Shown here: piece after piece, positions 51,875-64,000 of the stretch
How the letters are laid out: each line of letters opens with the position of its first letter
Position numbering within the stretch: the first letter of the stretch is position 1
Position numbers and translations under genes: made by a program
Notes under the pieces: model-generated
Told to the model about the DNA's origin: nothing
The model's database searches: none
Seen by the model: only the letters and a program-made list of their open reading frames with translations
Assembly: GCA_003971905.1 (NCBI GenBank)
Contig: RSEE01000049.1
Location: 372,001-436,000 of the forward strand
DNA: 64,000 bases
Origin: Moniliella sp. 'wahieum'
Taxonomy: Eukaryota
Direction of reading: 5' to 3'

Positions 51875-53607
51875 GGGGGCGATGGGAGGGGTGGCCTGGC
51901 GGCGCCCGGTGCGGAAGGTGGTGCGGAAGGTGGGGGGGCGGAGATGCTTGCGAGATGCAGCTGGCAGCATGCAGCTTGGCGGTGGAGCAGAGCGCAAAAC
52001 AGGCGCCACCCCCATGGATGGCAGCAGGCACGGGGCAGTGGAGATGCGGCTGGCAGCACTGCGCTGCAGCAGATGCGGGCTGCGCTGAGCTGCACTGGGA
52101 CAGCGCCTGCGGTGCAATCCGCGCTGCATGTGGGTGCACAGGCCCCGTGCAGTGCATGTGCTTGTGATGTGTGCTTGTGCATATGCATGCGCCGGGTCCC
52201 TGCGCGGCCTAGTTGCTCCACGGCGCACAGCCAGGCTCTGTTCCCCGTGTCTGTGTCTGTGCCTGGTCTGGGGCACAGGCAGCACAGCTCACAGGCAGCA
52301 CGGCAGCTAGCGCAGCACGCACCCCCTTCAGTAGCTCGCGTGTGTGACATCTGACCGGTGACGCTGCTGGGCGAGGCTTGGCACTGCCCCTGTCCCCTGC
52401 CTGGCTCCAATCGGCCATCCGCAAGCTTTTAATCAGGCCGCAGCGCACGGCGGCGGGGCAGTGGCATAGCGCAGGCAAGCCACCCGCCCCGCATGGCCTG
52501 CATGCATCATGCATCACAGGCATCACACGACTCTCGACCCAGGCGAACGCATCAGAGTGCTTTCGATTGTTGTTAGCGCCACACGCGGAGAGTCACCGGT
52601 CACGGCCAGTGCTCCCTTCTGGCAATGCACGAGAGGCGGAGGAGGACGCGGAGGACGACCATGTGGCCATGAGACCATGCGATGATCGAGCGTCTGAGCG
52701 GAGACCAGAGATCAGAGACGCTCGCCCAGGACCTGTAGGAACACGTATTTTTGTCCTCCACCCACACAATCTTACTGCCGAGAGGGCAAATGCCCAAGTT
52801 GGCAGAGCAGGATGCCGCTATCGGGGAATACACGGCTAAGCAAGGGTCGATCAGGCAGGGCACCCTATGGTGTGCGGCCGAAGATGTTGCTCGGTCAAAA
52901 GTTGATGTGCTGCACCCCATTGTACAGGTCAAACCGCTGTAGCCACCCGTAATACCGTTGCCAGACACAACCCGCCTGAGAAGACTTCAATTGGCCTACA
53001 CACAATTTGTGTTCAATTGGACGTTGAAGAGAGGACGGAGGATGGCCAGGATCCAAGAAGCTGTTGGACCACACACAACGCGCCGGTTGACAGCTCCACC
53101 AGCCCCCGCATGTCTCATTCTGAGAGCCACTGCCGGCGTGGTGCGGGCCAATCCGATCTTAACTCACATGTCACATAGCTCGGGAAGATAACCAACTAAG
53201 TTGCCTCCAGTCATCGTTACTACTCCCCCCTTTCTGTAACTGATCCGGCCTCATTCTGTCGGCGAGCGGCCTCAATATCAGGGCATTGGACGGTAATCCA
53301 ATTGGGTTGACCAACGTAAACGACGGAGCATCCATCCGTCTTGTTGGAAGGCTCATAGGTGATACGTTTCCTAATACAAGGTCCGTTTGGGCGGTAAGCA
53401 CCTATGCTCCCTTGACACACAGCTGTATGTGCTACGTCGAAAATAATACCCTAAACCACATTATGATGCATGGCACACGCGCCAAGTCTCCAGCGTTCGA
53501 CAAAAAACAACGCTGATTTTGATTGAATCAATACCACACGACGTATCACTTCGCTCAGGAACAGTTGCTCTACGCATAATGGTTGTTCCCCTAGGAGAAA
53601 TACGTAA

Positions 53608-55689
53608 TTAAAACTTGCGTTTGATGCCTTGCCTTTCTTCTTCGGCACGGTATTCGAACCTGAGGACAAGGAAATGTCAGTCTTCCTTCTTGCCATTGCC
53701 ATCCGCACGAGGTAGAGAGCGGGGGAGGGGGGGGGAGGGGGACGTACATGACCTGAATACCAATGAAGAGTCCGCCAATCGTACCAGCAAAGAAGAGCCA
53801 GCCCGACCAGGATCCCAAAATCTGGTGCCAAAGATACTTGATCCCATCCATACCAATCACAAAGCCCACCAAGTTGGCCGTCATCATCATCAGCACGTTG
53901 CCCACAGCGCCAAAGGCGGCCAAGTGGCGGAACCAAGGATAGCGACCATACTTTTTTGCTGGTAGCAGTGACGTGGCTGCCACCTCAGGGATCAAAGAGC
54001 GTCACAAGCCACGCCCAAGTAAGGAGGGTGAGACTAAGGTCGTGCCAGAGGGCGACAAATGTGAACACCAACAAAGTAGCCAGAACGGAGGCGAGTGGTC
54101 CATGATGGTTGCCCCCGACAGGGATGTAGATGTAGCGCACAACCCATTGGTTGTAGGAACGGTGCCAGGAACGCCAAAAGCCGAGGGTGGAGTAATTGTT
54201 GGCCATACAGCGAACCATGTTTTCCGGTGGATCCACCTGGTCCAGCAGCGCCCACAGACGAAAGAACCGCCAAGGAATCAGTAGCTTGAGCCACACGGTA
54301 ATTAAGCTCCAAAAGCCAATCATGCTCAGCTGCATGGGGGTGTCCCCGTGCCACGCTCGTGCATCCTTGATGGCACCCACATACATAAAATGAAGGATGA
54401 ACTCCATCATCAGGAAGCAGACGACAAACCGCACAATGTATCGCACTTGCACTCCGAGGCCAATCCGAGGAGGGCGGTGCAGTTGGTGCAGCCAGTCGTT
54501 GAATGTCATGATCGGACCGGCAACGAAGAGCGGCGGGTAGAAGATATAGAGAAGGAAGTTGCCATAGCTGTATTGGTTGAGTTTATGGGCTTGGCTGGCA
54601 CGCGCACGGGTACTGTCCAACGGACCAGATGCGTGGGAGTCACCCACTTCACCCTTTTGAACCGCTTGCACGGCCCAGTGGTAGTCGAATGCAAATGAGA
54701 CAAGGCGGAGCATGGTGATGTTGTAATTAATCTGCCAGCGGGTGAGGATGCCCGTATGTCGTTCCTGGGGGATGAGAAACAGTGTTAGAAAAAGAGGTGC
54801 ATGCTTTAGTGGGGAAGGAGTGAGCGCACCAAAAGAGCAAAGAGTGACCCGTACTGGGCGAGGGGGATGCCATTAAAATAGTGGACCAGGTAGAGGGTCA
54901 AGATGTTAAACGTCCATATCACAGTTGGCGTGAGAAAGCGGTGGCCAGCCAAGTGCTTGGCTAGGAGGTAATTGCTGCTACAGCAGGCGAGCAATTTCCA
55001 CACGTTCGTCCCATGCGACACGAGCAGGTACACGGAAGAGAAAAGCGCAAGAAAGACCCTCCTTCCTGGGCGATGGTTGGGAGAAGGAGATGACAGGGCA
55101 ACATCGTTGTCCCCCTGGCTGGTGGATGCAAGAGGCGCAAAGCGTCCTCTATGCCCGCCTGCCGAGAGTCGGCGCGATACAAACTCGACCAGGAAGGAGA
55201 GGGTGAGGTACCCTACGCTGAGCCCCACCAAGACCGGAATTGCGTCGCGAAAGGTGCGGTATTGAAAGTCGGAATTGTCGCGCTTACGGCCTGCCATCCA
55301 TCCTGGGACGAGATAATGGGCGTACTCGTGGTAGTGCTCGTTGCTCTTGGCTCAACTGCATGGGCACATACCACATGTACGGGAAAACAACGGCAAACGC
55401 CAGGGCATAAAAGTAGAACTCAGGTGTGCCCCAGCGCGGTGGTGGGGGGGAGACGGTAGCGTGGACGCAGTAGACACTGCAGATGGACCAGGGGCTGGCG
55501 TGGCGTGCTCTGGGTACCTGCGTCGTTGAGGTTGACCGTTAGGCGGACGAGGTTAGCACGGATCCAGGCAGGCAAGTCGGAGGAGTGGGTGAGGCGGCGT
55601 GTGGTGGATGCGCCCGAGGGCGGGTAGGATGGTGGCGCAGCGGAAGAGTGTGCGTCCATGGGTACGATCGTGTGTGTCGCCGCCGCCAT
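53608..55689 (-). CDS. GUP1: MBOAT-family O-acyltransferase Gup1 (GPI-anchor remodelling / glycerol uptake)
   Basis: RDNSDFQYRTFR, RWQINYNITMLRLVSF, WLKLLIPWRFFRLWALLD..PPENMVRCMANNYS..FWRSWHRSYN.W..RYIYIP, FVALWHD (catalytic His), MMMTANLVGF, and C-terminal FEYRAEE.R. Confidence 0.93.
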
Positions 55690-56130
55690 CCAGGTCGTGG
55701 TCCAGGTCGTGGTCCGATCGTCCAGGCGCTGCTGGCCTTTCAGCCCCGCTGTGGGACAGGTGGTGCAGCGGACCGGAATTGCAATGGCGGAACTCGGAAG
55801 CCGCCTGCGTCCTATCTAGGGAGCCGCTTACCAATATATACACGCTTTCCTTTCTATACGCGTGCACCAAGCCAGGCCATGTCGATGCCATGGGGGGACG
55901 GCCTGGTGGGATCGCAGCCTCGCCTATCTGGTCTGTTTCGGGAAGGGCAAAGCGTGGGAGGCGAAGCTGACTCAACCTGAGCGCTCAATATTCAATCAAG
56001 ACATCTAACTAGTAACTCGAGACCAGGAGGGTGCTCGTCGCTCTGGTCGCGAACTTAGGACGCGAACCAGACACGCACGGCAACTTGGGGATCCATCCAC
56101 ATACGATCATGGATGGCTAATAGGGCACGC

Positions 56131-59100
56131 TTAGGCCAGCGCCCCTACCAGCAGCGAACAGTAGTCGTTCGCCGCGGTCAACACCGCGTCGACACTGGGC
56201 GTAGGCTGGTGCTGCTCGACGGTGGCTGCGCCATCGAGGGCAGAAGCCGCCGCCAAGGACCAACTGGGGTCCACCTCGCCATCGTCGGGACCTTGCTCCC
56301 GTCCGTGCGTGTACCGGAAGAGAGCGCGCGACACAATACCCAACGACGCCATCACTGCCGAGCAAAGGAGAGGTTAGTTGGCCAATTCAAAGTCAAGTAA
56401 GCGAGAGCAAAACGTACTGTCGATTTTCGCCGCGTAGCGCGTCAGGGCACCAGGTGAGTTGTCCTCCTCGGGGGGGAGCAGTACGGTAGGCACCAGCGAC
56501 GCCAGCTCCGAAATCCGCGATGACAGGGCTTGGATGACCGAGTGCGCTGTCGTTGCCTCTTGCCGCCGGAAGGAGTGGAGAGCGGGGTGAGCGACTGGGT
56601 TACTTCGACCCAATCAAGGTAAAGCTTGCCCCCCCAAGCCCAACCCGGAACCTTCTCCTCGCCCGCTGCAGCTCCCACTTCAAGAAGGAACGGGTCAAAC
56701 AGTTTCTTGAGCAAGTTCCGGTCGCCGCGCACAACGATCTCTGGGGCCAAATCACGCACCGCCACCGCATGAGCTTGCGCCAGATCGCGGGCCTCGAGAG
56801 CGTGCTCGTACACCCGCCAGAGATCGTCCTTGCCACGGGCCATAAAGGCACGTGCGAGTGCAAGCCATGACCGAGGCACCTTCAGTGTGGAGACGATAAA
56901 CTCCTCTTGTTCCGAAGTGAGAAGATGAATCGAACGGGCGAGCAAATTTTTGATCGCTTGCGCCCGGCTCTCGGGCAACTCCAAGTACAACAGCACAAAT
57001 GCTGCCCATTGAAGGTGCCCGCCTGCCTCAAGCTGGCTTGCTAGGTCGAGGGTCAAACGATCCGCCTTGGCACTGTTGTGGTCCATCACCACCAACTGCA
57101 GCTCCTCCTCACCCTGCACCACATTCTCCATCGGATCTTCCACCGGCGCCCCCTCGCGATCGGCAAAGTCACGGACACCCAAAACGCGCGAGAGGAGGAG
57201 GTAGAGTTGCCATGAAAGGCGGTAGGATGCCGAGCTGGTGCTGTGTCCCGTAGGAAGAATGGCATCTTCGAGCAAGTAGTCCTGTTCGGTATACACCTTG
57301 AGCAACTGATAGATGGTGTCCTTTGCGTACTTGTTCGATCGAGTTAGCTCCTTGGCTTTGGAAGAAGGGAAGCTCGTCTCATCCGCCAAGTAAGGCGGCA
57401 AAGGCGGGGGTGCAAGCATCGAGGTCACGGCGTCGTCGAATGTGCCTACAGCCTTCTGCAGTGGCTCCTCAGCAAGCGTACCATACCAAAGATGAAGGCC
57501 AAAGGCACGCTTCCAGTCAAGCGAGTCGGCCAGATGCATCTCGGCCACTTTATCCCCCGAGGCAGCGCCCCCTGCAGCCTCAGCGAGGGTAACGTTGCCT
57601 GCCAGGAGCTCGTAGAGTTTGCGCATATCCTCACTCAACAGCGAATAAATCCCCTCATCTCTCCACGTGCTGAGCTGGTCCAACACGTCTTCCCTTGTCC
57701 CCTTATCTCCAGGCAGCTGGGCCAGAAGAGTGGCAAGATGAAAGTCGTTGGCCCCCATGGCGGCTAGTGTGGCCTTCTCCACATCATGACTGGTCAGGTG
57801 GGAGAAGATGGCAGCCTCAACCCGTTCCTGGGCTTGGAAGCCACGCGCGTTGGCATCGGCACTAGGAGTGACTGCCGTCTTGAGCCACTGCGACAGGGCA
57901 GCCTTCCGGCGCAGGTCGGTCGCCTGCTGGCGAAGAGCGGGGGGCGCCGTGTCGGGGAGGCCGAGCTCCAAATCATCAAACAAGGCACTTCCCAGACGCC
58001 AAATGTGTGCTTCTTGCCGGTGATCGCCAGTCTCGAAAAGGGAAGCATAGTCGCGAAAGCGCAAATCATTTTGCGGCAGGGCGCGTGGCACCCCATCCTC
58101 AGGAATGAATTCGATCGTCGTGTGTTCCAACTGGGCCGCCAACATTTTGAGAGATAGCTCGTCCTCAGCGGGAGGCAACGTAAGGACTTTCACCTGGGAC
58201 GCCGTCACGATGTCCACATCCTTCTGCGCACCCACCCGAACAAACAGGTTGGGGAACCCGAATCCGGGACGGAAGCTACCCGTAAAAGCAACGACAGGAT
58301 CAGTCCACGTTCCCTCGGCACCAGCGAGGACAGACTTGTCCATCGACGTTTTGATAAACTTGATCCGTGGCTGGGTCGTCAACGTCGACTTGGCCCCAAA
58401 GTTGGCGCGGGCGGTCGAAGGGACCAAGGCAGGAGGGAGACTCCCCTCCCGAACGCTACTCTCACGTACAGAATGACTGCGCACAGAGCCAACAGCTGGA
58501 GCAGGACTTGATGCCACGGGGACAGCCAAAGGTGCAGCCACGGGGGCGGACGAGGTCGTGGGAGGACCATTGCGGAAGACGCTCGATTGGAACAACAATG
58601 TTGGCTCTTCAGCCGGTGTAGCCGACACTTGCCGCCCAACCCGCGGCGGGGGACGTTGCTCGTCCAAATCGCCAAAGAAGCTGGCTTGCATGACCTGCAT
58701 TCTGCGAGGTTCGACATGCATCGCTTCAGCGAAGGAGATAGGTCCTGAAGTAGAAGGCGGGATGATGGCGCTCCTCTTCCTCTTCTTCTAGCTCCTCATC
58801 GTCCATCACATCGTCCTCGCTCTCGGCGGTAGCGGCGCTGGTAAGAGCCTGTGACCGAGCGCCGACAGCCACAGGCTTAGAAAAAGAGTGAGACGGGGCC
58901 GTGTTGTTGTGCGCCGCAGCTTCCTCCTCTGCATCATCGTCCGAATCGTCATCAAGGGCATAGCGGGAGAAGTGCTCCACCTGGAACGACCATGTACCCG
59001 TTTCCGGCTCAAAGCTGACAAACTTTTCACTGCGAGACTGGAGGCGAACAAGATGCTGCTTGTACCGGGGGTGGTTCGGGTCTTTGATCGGCGCCTTGGT

Positions 59101-62100
59101 CGACTTGTCCGTAGCCCAGCAGCGCTCTAGCGAGACGGTGGCTGGCTCGTTGAGACCTGATCCTGGCGGCTGCGAAGGGCCGGGCAAATAGCCCGGAAGC
59201 AGCCCATCATTCGACAGCAAATCATCGTCATCCGGATAGACGATTACCTCTTTCAGTCGAATCAGGACAATCCCTCCGGCAATCTCGTTAAGGTCGTTGA
59301 CAGTTGTCAGGTCAACAGGCTTGTCGAAGTGCACTTCACCAAACCCGGTACGACCGACGACAAAGTTGGACACTGAGGTCAACTCGGCATGCGCCCATGT
59401 CCGCAGCTCCGAGACGGGAGGCCGCATGTAATAACCCAGGGGCAATTCCGACTCAAGCGCGCTCGTGTCGGCGGGGGCAGGGGAGGTGGCATGGGAGCTG
59501 TAGCGGCCGAGAGGCGCGGCAGGGCCGAAGCGGCACGAAGGTTCGGCTCGAAGCGGCGACGCAGAGGCGTGTCGTCCAGACTGGCATTCGAATTAAACGT
59601 GTCGTCGCCAAGCGCCGGTGGCGCGCGATGGCGGACGGACGTTTCGAGCGCAGGGCTAAACAGCCTGGCTGCAGAACCCCCTAGCGGACGGTTGCTTGAG
59701 CGGTCCTCTGCATGAGCAGTGGCGGCGCGGGTACTGCGCAAAGCGCCGATACGGGAGAAGCTCGAGTTGCTGACATCGACCGAGTCGTCCAAGACAAGAC
59801 GCTTGACACTGGGCTTGGGGACAAATGCCTGTGGGGACAACGCTTGCTCATCGCTCAAGCCACGGAAAAGGCTCGGGCCGGCGCTGCTCAGACGGGAGAA
59901 GCTCGTGTTTCCATCGCCCAAAGGCGTGCCTTCCCGACCGCGCGACATGGACAGACCGGGAGTGCTACCCCGCAGGCGCGTGATACTCGTCTGGTTACGG
60001 GGAGACGAGAAGACGCTGGGAACAAGGGGTGGCTTCTTGGCCGACTTGGGCGCCACATTGAATGGAATGACAGGCTGCTTGTTGTTCAGGTCGGCAACCG
60101 AGAGAGAGGAGCCAAAGAGAGCATCAGTACCGTACGGGTTGGACATCAAGCTGGGAGGAGCCTGGGTCTGGGACTGCTGCAACTGGCCAAAGGCCGGGCC
60201 CTGCGAAGTGCCCAAGGTTGATTGTTGGCCAAACAGACCTCCACCAGTCCCTGTGTTGGCCGCACCACCACCCATAGTCGAGGTGCCTAGTCCACCCGTC
60301 TGGCCAAAGCCCGTAGTGCCTCCGGGTTTGCTTCCAAACAGGCCAGTACCGAGACCGGTTGTTGCTGGTTGTTCTGACCAAAGAGTCCTCCGGTGGCAAT
60401 GCCAGTGTTGGCCTGGGTCTGGTTCGTGTTACCGAAGAGGCCGCCACCCGTGGTCCCAAAGCCTGGCTTTGCCGCGCTGGGGTTGGTGTTACCGAACAGT
60501 CCACCTCCCGTGTTGGTTGAGGTAGTAGTATTGCCAAACAGACCACCACCCGTGGCGGGCTTGGCCTGTTGGCCAAAGAGGCCACCACCTGCAGGCTCAG
60601 GGGGCTTGGCACCAAATAGACCTCCCGTCTGGCCAGCAGGCTGAGCTTGGTTGGCAGTATTGGTGTTGCCGAACAAACCCCCACCTGTATTGGCTGTATT
60701 GTTTTGACCGAAGAGACCTCCGCCCGTCGCGCCCGCTTGACCTTGGTTGGCACCAAACGTATTGCCGGTATTGCCAAAGAGGCCGCCTCCAGTCGGGTTC
60801 GTCTGATTGTTGGTGTTGCCAAACAACCCGGTGCCAGTTTGGCCTGTAGCACCAGAGGTGCCCCAAACCCAAAAGCTGGTTTATTGGCTTGGGTATTGTT
60901 GGTGGCTCCAAAGCCGCCGAAGCCAGTGGTGCCCGTCGTCCCCGTGTTGGCGGCAGGAGTGTTCCCAAAGAGCCCCGTTCCAGCGGGCTTATTTGTCCGA
61001 ACAGGCCGCCGCCAGTGTTGCCTGCGCCAAAGGTTGTTTTGCTGTTGTTGAGGTTGCTGACCGAAGCCAAAGCCAGTAGACGGTTGTTGTTGCTGTTGTT
61101 GCTGCATATTTTGCTGGCCAAAAGTGCCACCGCCACCAAACAGTCCACCACCCGTGTTGGTGCCGGTGGCAGTGTTGCCGGTTTGACCAAAACCACCAAA
61201 GCCTGTGCCGGTGCTGGTCCCCGTGTTAGCCGCACCCGTGTTGCCAAAGCCAAACCCGGTCGTGGGTGGTTTAGTCGCACCAAACAACCCCCCGCCTGTA
61301 GCAGGCTGCGTCGTACTGGTCTGACCAAAGAGGCCGGTCCCGGTGGCGGGCTTGGCTTGCTGACCAAAGAGGCCAGTACCCGTATTGCCAGCCGTATTGC
61401 CAGCACCGCCAAATACGCCCCCGCCGGTATTGGCAGTTGTGCCGGTGTTGCCAAACAGGTTGGTCCCAGTGTTGGCCGGATTGCTCTGGCCAAATAGCCC
61501 ACCCGTTGCTGGTTGGTTGGCTTGGCCCATAGTGTTTTGAGCGCCGCCGAAACCACCAAAGCCCGTGGTCGAGGCAGTGCCGGCTGCGCCGGGTGCTCCG
61601 GGGCCCGTCTGGCCCGTCTTGCGGCCCTGTAAATAGTCTTGAACTCGCAGTTCCTCAAGACTGGCTTTTTGGTAAGCGGGCATGCAGGTGATGCTCGTGT
61701 AGACCAGGTTGGAAGGATTTCCGTGGGCGTCTTTCTCTTGGATCTTTGTCGGCTCGTAGGGGGGCGCGAGGGTGCCTGTCGAAGGCACGGGCTGGCTGGA
61801 GGTCGTGCTCATCGCCCCAAACCCGGACGGAGCAGCGGCCGTGTTGCCAAACAGGCCCGTTCCAGCCGGCTTGGCTCCGAAAGCATTGCCGCCTCCAAAA
61901 GTGCTTGTCTGAGGTTGCGCTGCGCCTGGTACATACAAAGAGTCAGTGTGAGTCACACAAGCCGAAAGGCAGGCGACGTACCAAAGCCTCCGAGACCGCC
62001 AGTTGCAGGGGCAGCCGTGCTGGAACCAAATCCGCCAAAGCCGGTGGTTACAGGCTTAGCGGCAGAGCCAAAGAGCCCAGTACGGTTGAGTTGGCGGCCG

Positions 62101-62411
62101 CTGCTGGGCCGCCTGGCCAAAGCCAAAACCAGTGCCAGCGGGGGTTGGGTTCGCTGCGCCAAAGAGGCCGCCAGCGGGAGGGTTGGCAGCAGCGCCAAAG
62201 CCGCCAGTGGCGGGCTGGGCGGGCTGTCCAAAGCCTGGGGAAGGGTCAGCGGCGCAAGCGCGGAAGGGGGGATGAGACGTACCACCAAAGCCGGTCTGTG
62301 CGGGCTGCTGCTGCTGGGGGGCGCACCGAGACGCCGGTGGCGGGCTGCTGCTGCTGCTGGGTGTTGTGGGTTGGCGGCGCCAAAGCCGCCGAAGCCTCCG
62401 CCACCAAACAT
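56131..62411 (-). CDS. NUP98: Nup98-Nup96 precursor nucleoporin (Nup189/SONB/Nup145-like)
   Basis: N-terminal FG/GLFG repeats; GLEBS motif (SITCMPAYQKASLEELRVQDY, about 61620-61700); peptidase S59 domain (YYMRP...FVVGRTGFGEVHF..PVDL) ending in WSFQVEHF|SRY (58966-58974); downstream Nup96 domain (LDWKRAFGLHLWYG, WAAFVLL). Last exon MMASLG...LVGALA* follows an intron at about 56355-56417. Confidence 0.95.
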
Positions 62412-62957
62412 GATGGACGTGGAGGGGAGTGGGGGGGAAGGGGTCCAGGCGCAGGCGGGAGGGAGGGGGGGGGTGCGCTGGGCGGAGGCGGTGGTGGGCG
62501 AGAGCTCGGGAGCAGCGGCGCGCGGCGAGGCTGGCCGCCGCAGGACTCGCTTCCTGCCGCCCGGCCTGTTCCGCACAGCAGCGCCCCACGGGGGGGCACT
62601 GCCGCCAACCCTACTGCGTTGCGATTTTTCTACGCACTGCATTCTGTCGCCCGCTGTCGCCTGCAGGCAGCACAGCGCCTGCCCGCCCTCCGAGCCATCA
62701 CCGGCACATCACACCAGCCTGCGAGGGGGTCTCATGTGCAGGTCACATGTGATGTTGGGACATGATGCATGGCGTCATGCACATGATGGTCCTGTCTCAG
62801 GCTGCTGCTGCTCGGGCCGTTGCCACTGGGCACGCCCGTCCCCCCCCAGCGCTCACTTGCTATATGCCCACGACGCCCCTATCTCGCCCTCCACCGCCAG
62901 CCCCACCCCTACTTGCACGTGCTTCCCACTCGCTTCCGTCCCACCACCGCATCCCAC

Positions 62958-63848
62958 ATGCCGCCCCCGCGCAAGACGCAGCCTGCCATCCAGCAGATGC
63001 TGTTCCCAGCCGCTCGCCCCACGCACAAGGCCCGATCTGCCTCCGCAGCGCCCAACAGCACCACGGCAAGAGCAAGAGCAAGAGCACGAACACGAACAAA
63101 AGCAAGGTCATGCCCTTGCACCCTCCCCGCCCGCCTCTTCCATTCCCAGTGAGGCAGATCTGACCGATGCGCGCACCTCTCCCGCTCCTCCGCAGGTGGG
63201 GGCCATCAGCAGCGATGCCGACGAGGACGAGGAGGAGTACCCAGATGAGGAGCCAGAAACGAGCAGTGGTGGAACACCTGCCTCTCCTGCCTCTCCTTCC
63301 TCGTCTGGCTCTGTCTCGCTAGCTAAATCGCAGCAGAGCCAACCTGGACGTATTCCCAATGCGCACTCGCCGAAGCGCATGGCGGCGTGGAAACCGTCAG
63401 TTGCCCAATTGCACGATACGGCCAAGTTGCCCGAGCTGCATGGGACGATCCGGCATTCGATGCGTACTGGAACGTAGCCAAGGCCAAGCTACGCTACACG
63501 CAAGTCAAACCTGGTATGCCCCCTACTTTTTGGCCACCTCGCATGCGTTTCCACGACCCGGATCCTAGTTCATGTCGAAGGGGAGAATCGCGTACAGATC
63601 ATGCTGCGAGTGTTTGACCTGGATCCCCAGTGAGCGCCAACCCGCCTCGTCTCTCTATGTGTATTGCTGGCTTGAAGCACTGACTCTTTCTCTAGGTACG
63701 GCCATCAAAAGGCATGACTAGGCTGGCGCGATGGAAGCGGGCTCAAGCGCTAGGGCTCGATCCGCCCGAGGGGGTACGTGCGATGCTGGAAACAAAGCAA
63801 GGCCAGTTGGAGCTGAACCGATCCGTTCTCGAGCGATACTTATTCTAA
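62958..63848 (+). CDS. POLD4: DNA polymerase delta subunit 4 (p12/Cdm1), two introns (about 63513-63568 and 63631-63695)
   Basis: Spliced and frameshift-corrected C-terminus HVEGENRVQIMLRVFDLDP|YGPSKGMTRLARWKRAQALGLDPPEGVRAML matches the DNA_pol_delta_4 signature (LR.FDL...YGP..G.TRL.RW.RA..LGL.PP). Confidence 0.88.
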
Positions 63849-64000
63849 GATCCGTGAATCAATCAATGTTGTAACTGGGCATACATATATGTGAAGGGAA
63901 ACAGAGGTACTTTGCAACGAATAGAGCCAAGCGTCATTCATCATTGGTTCAGCATTTTGGTCCAATCGAACGGTGCCCACAACCCAACAAACGTATCCTG

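Noticed and set aside
61639..63477. 612-aa + strand ORF
   Set aside because: Mostly an antisense shadow of the NUP98 FG region in GC-rich DNA. Only its last part overlaps the real POLD4 N-terminal frame.

Overview
Eukaryotic, GC-rich, intron-containing fungal DNA. A basidiomycete is inferred from the gene content, the GTACGT/GTGAG donors and the CTAAC/CTGAC branch points. Single-base indels interrupt almost every gene, including the nearly invariant ARF1. I read these as uncorrected assembly errors, so gene boundaries are approximate and stitched across frames. Gene order: (CTTTG)n array; cytochrome b5 (+); S/P-rich hypothetical protein (-); PalI/Rim9-SUR7 family (+); PAP2 lipid pyrophosphatase (-); RCC1/ATS1-like propeller running directly into an ADAL-type deaminase (+); DEAH helicase DHR2-like (+); SAM methyltransferase (+); Zn2Cys6 factor (+); ARF1 (+); NDUFA4/MLRQ (+); a long coiled-coil plus Gag-capsid-like ORF with no pol (-); a free-standing ErdS-type DUF2156 aminoacyl-tRNA transferase with no AspRS domain (-); GH47 mannosidase (-); C2H2 factor (-); multi-pass membrane protein (+); amino-acid permease (-); GUP1 MBOAT (-); Nup98-Nup96 (-); POLD4 (+). 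The most interesting candidates are the stand-alone DUF2156, the apparent RCC1-ADAL fusion, the possibly domesticated Gag-like gene, and a window-wide family of 7-bp 'palindrome+1' tandem repeats in intergenic DNA.
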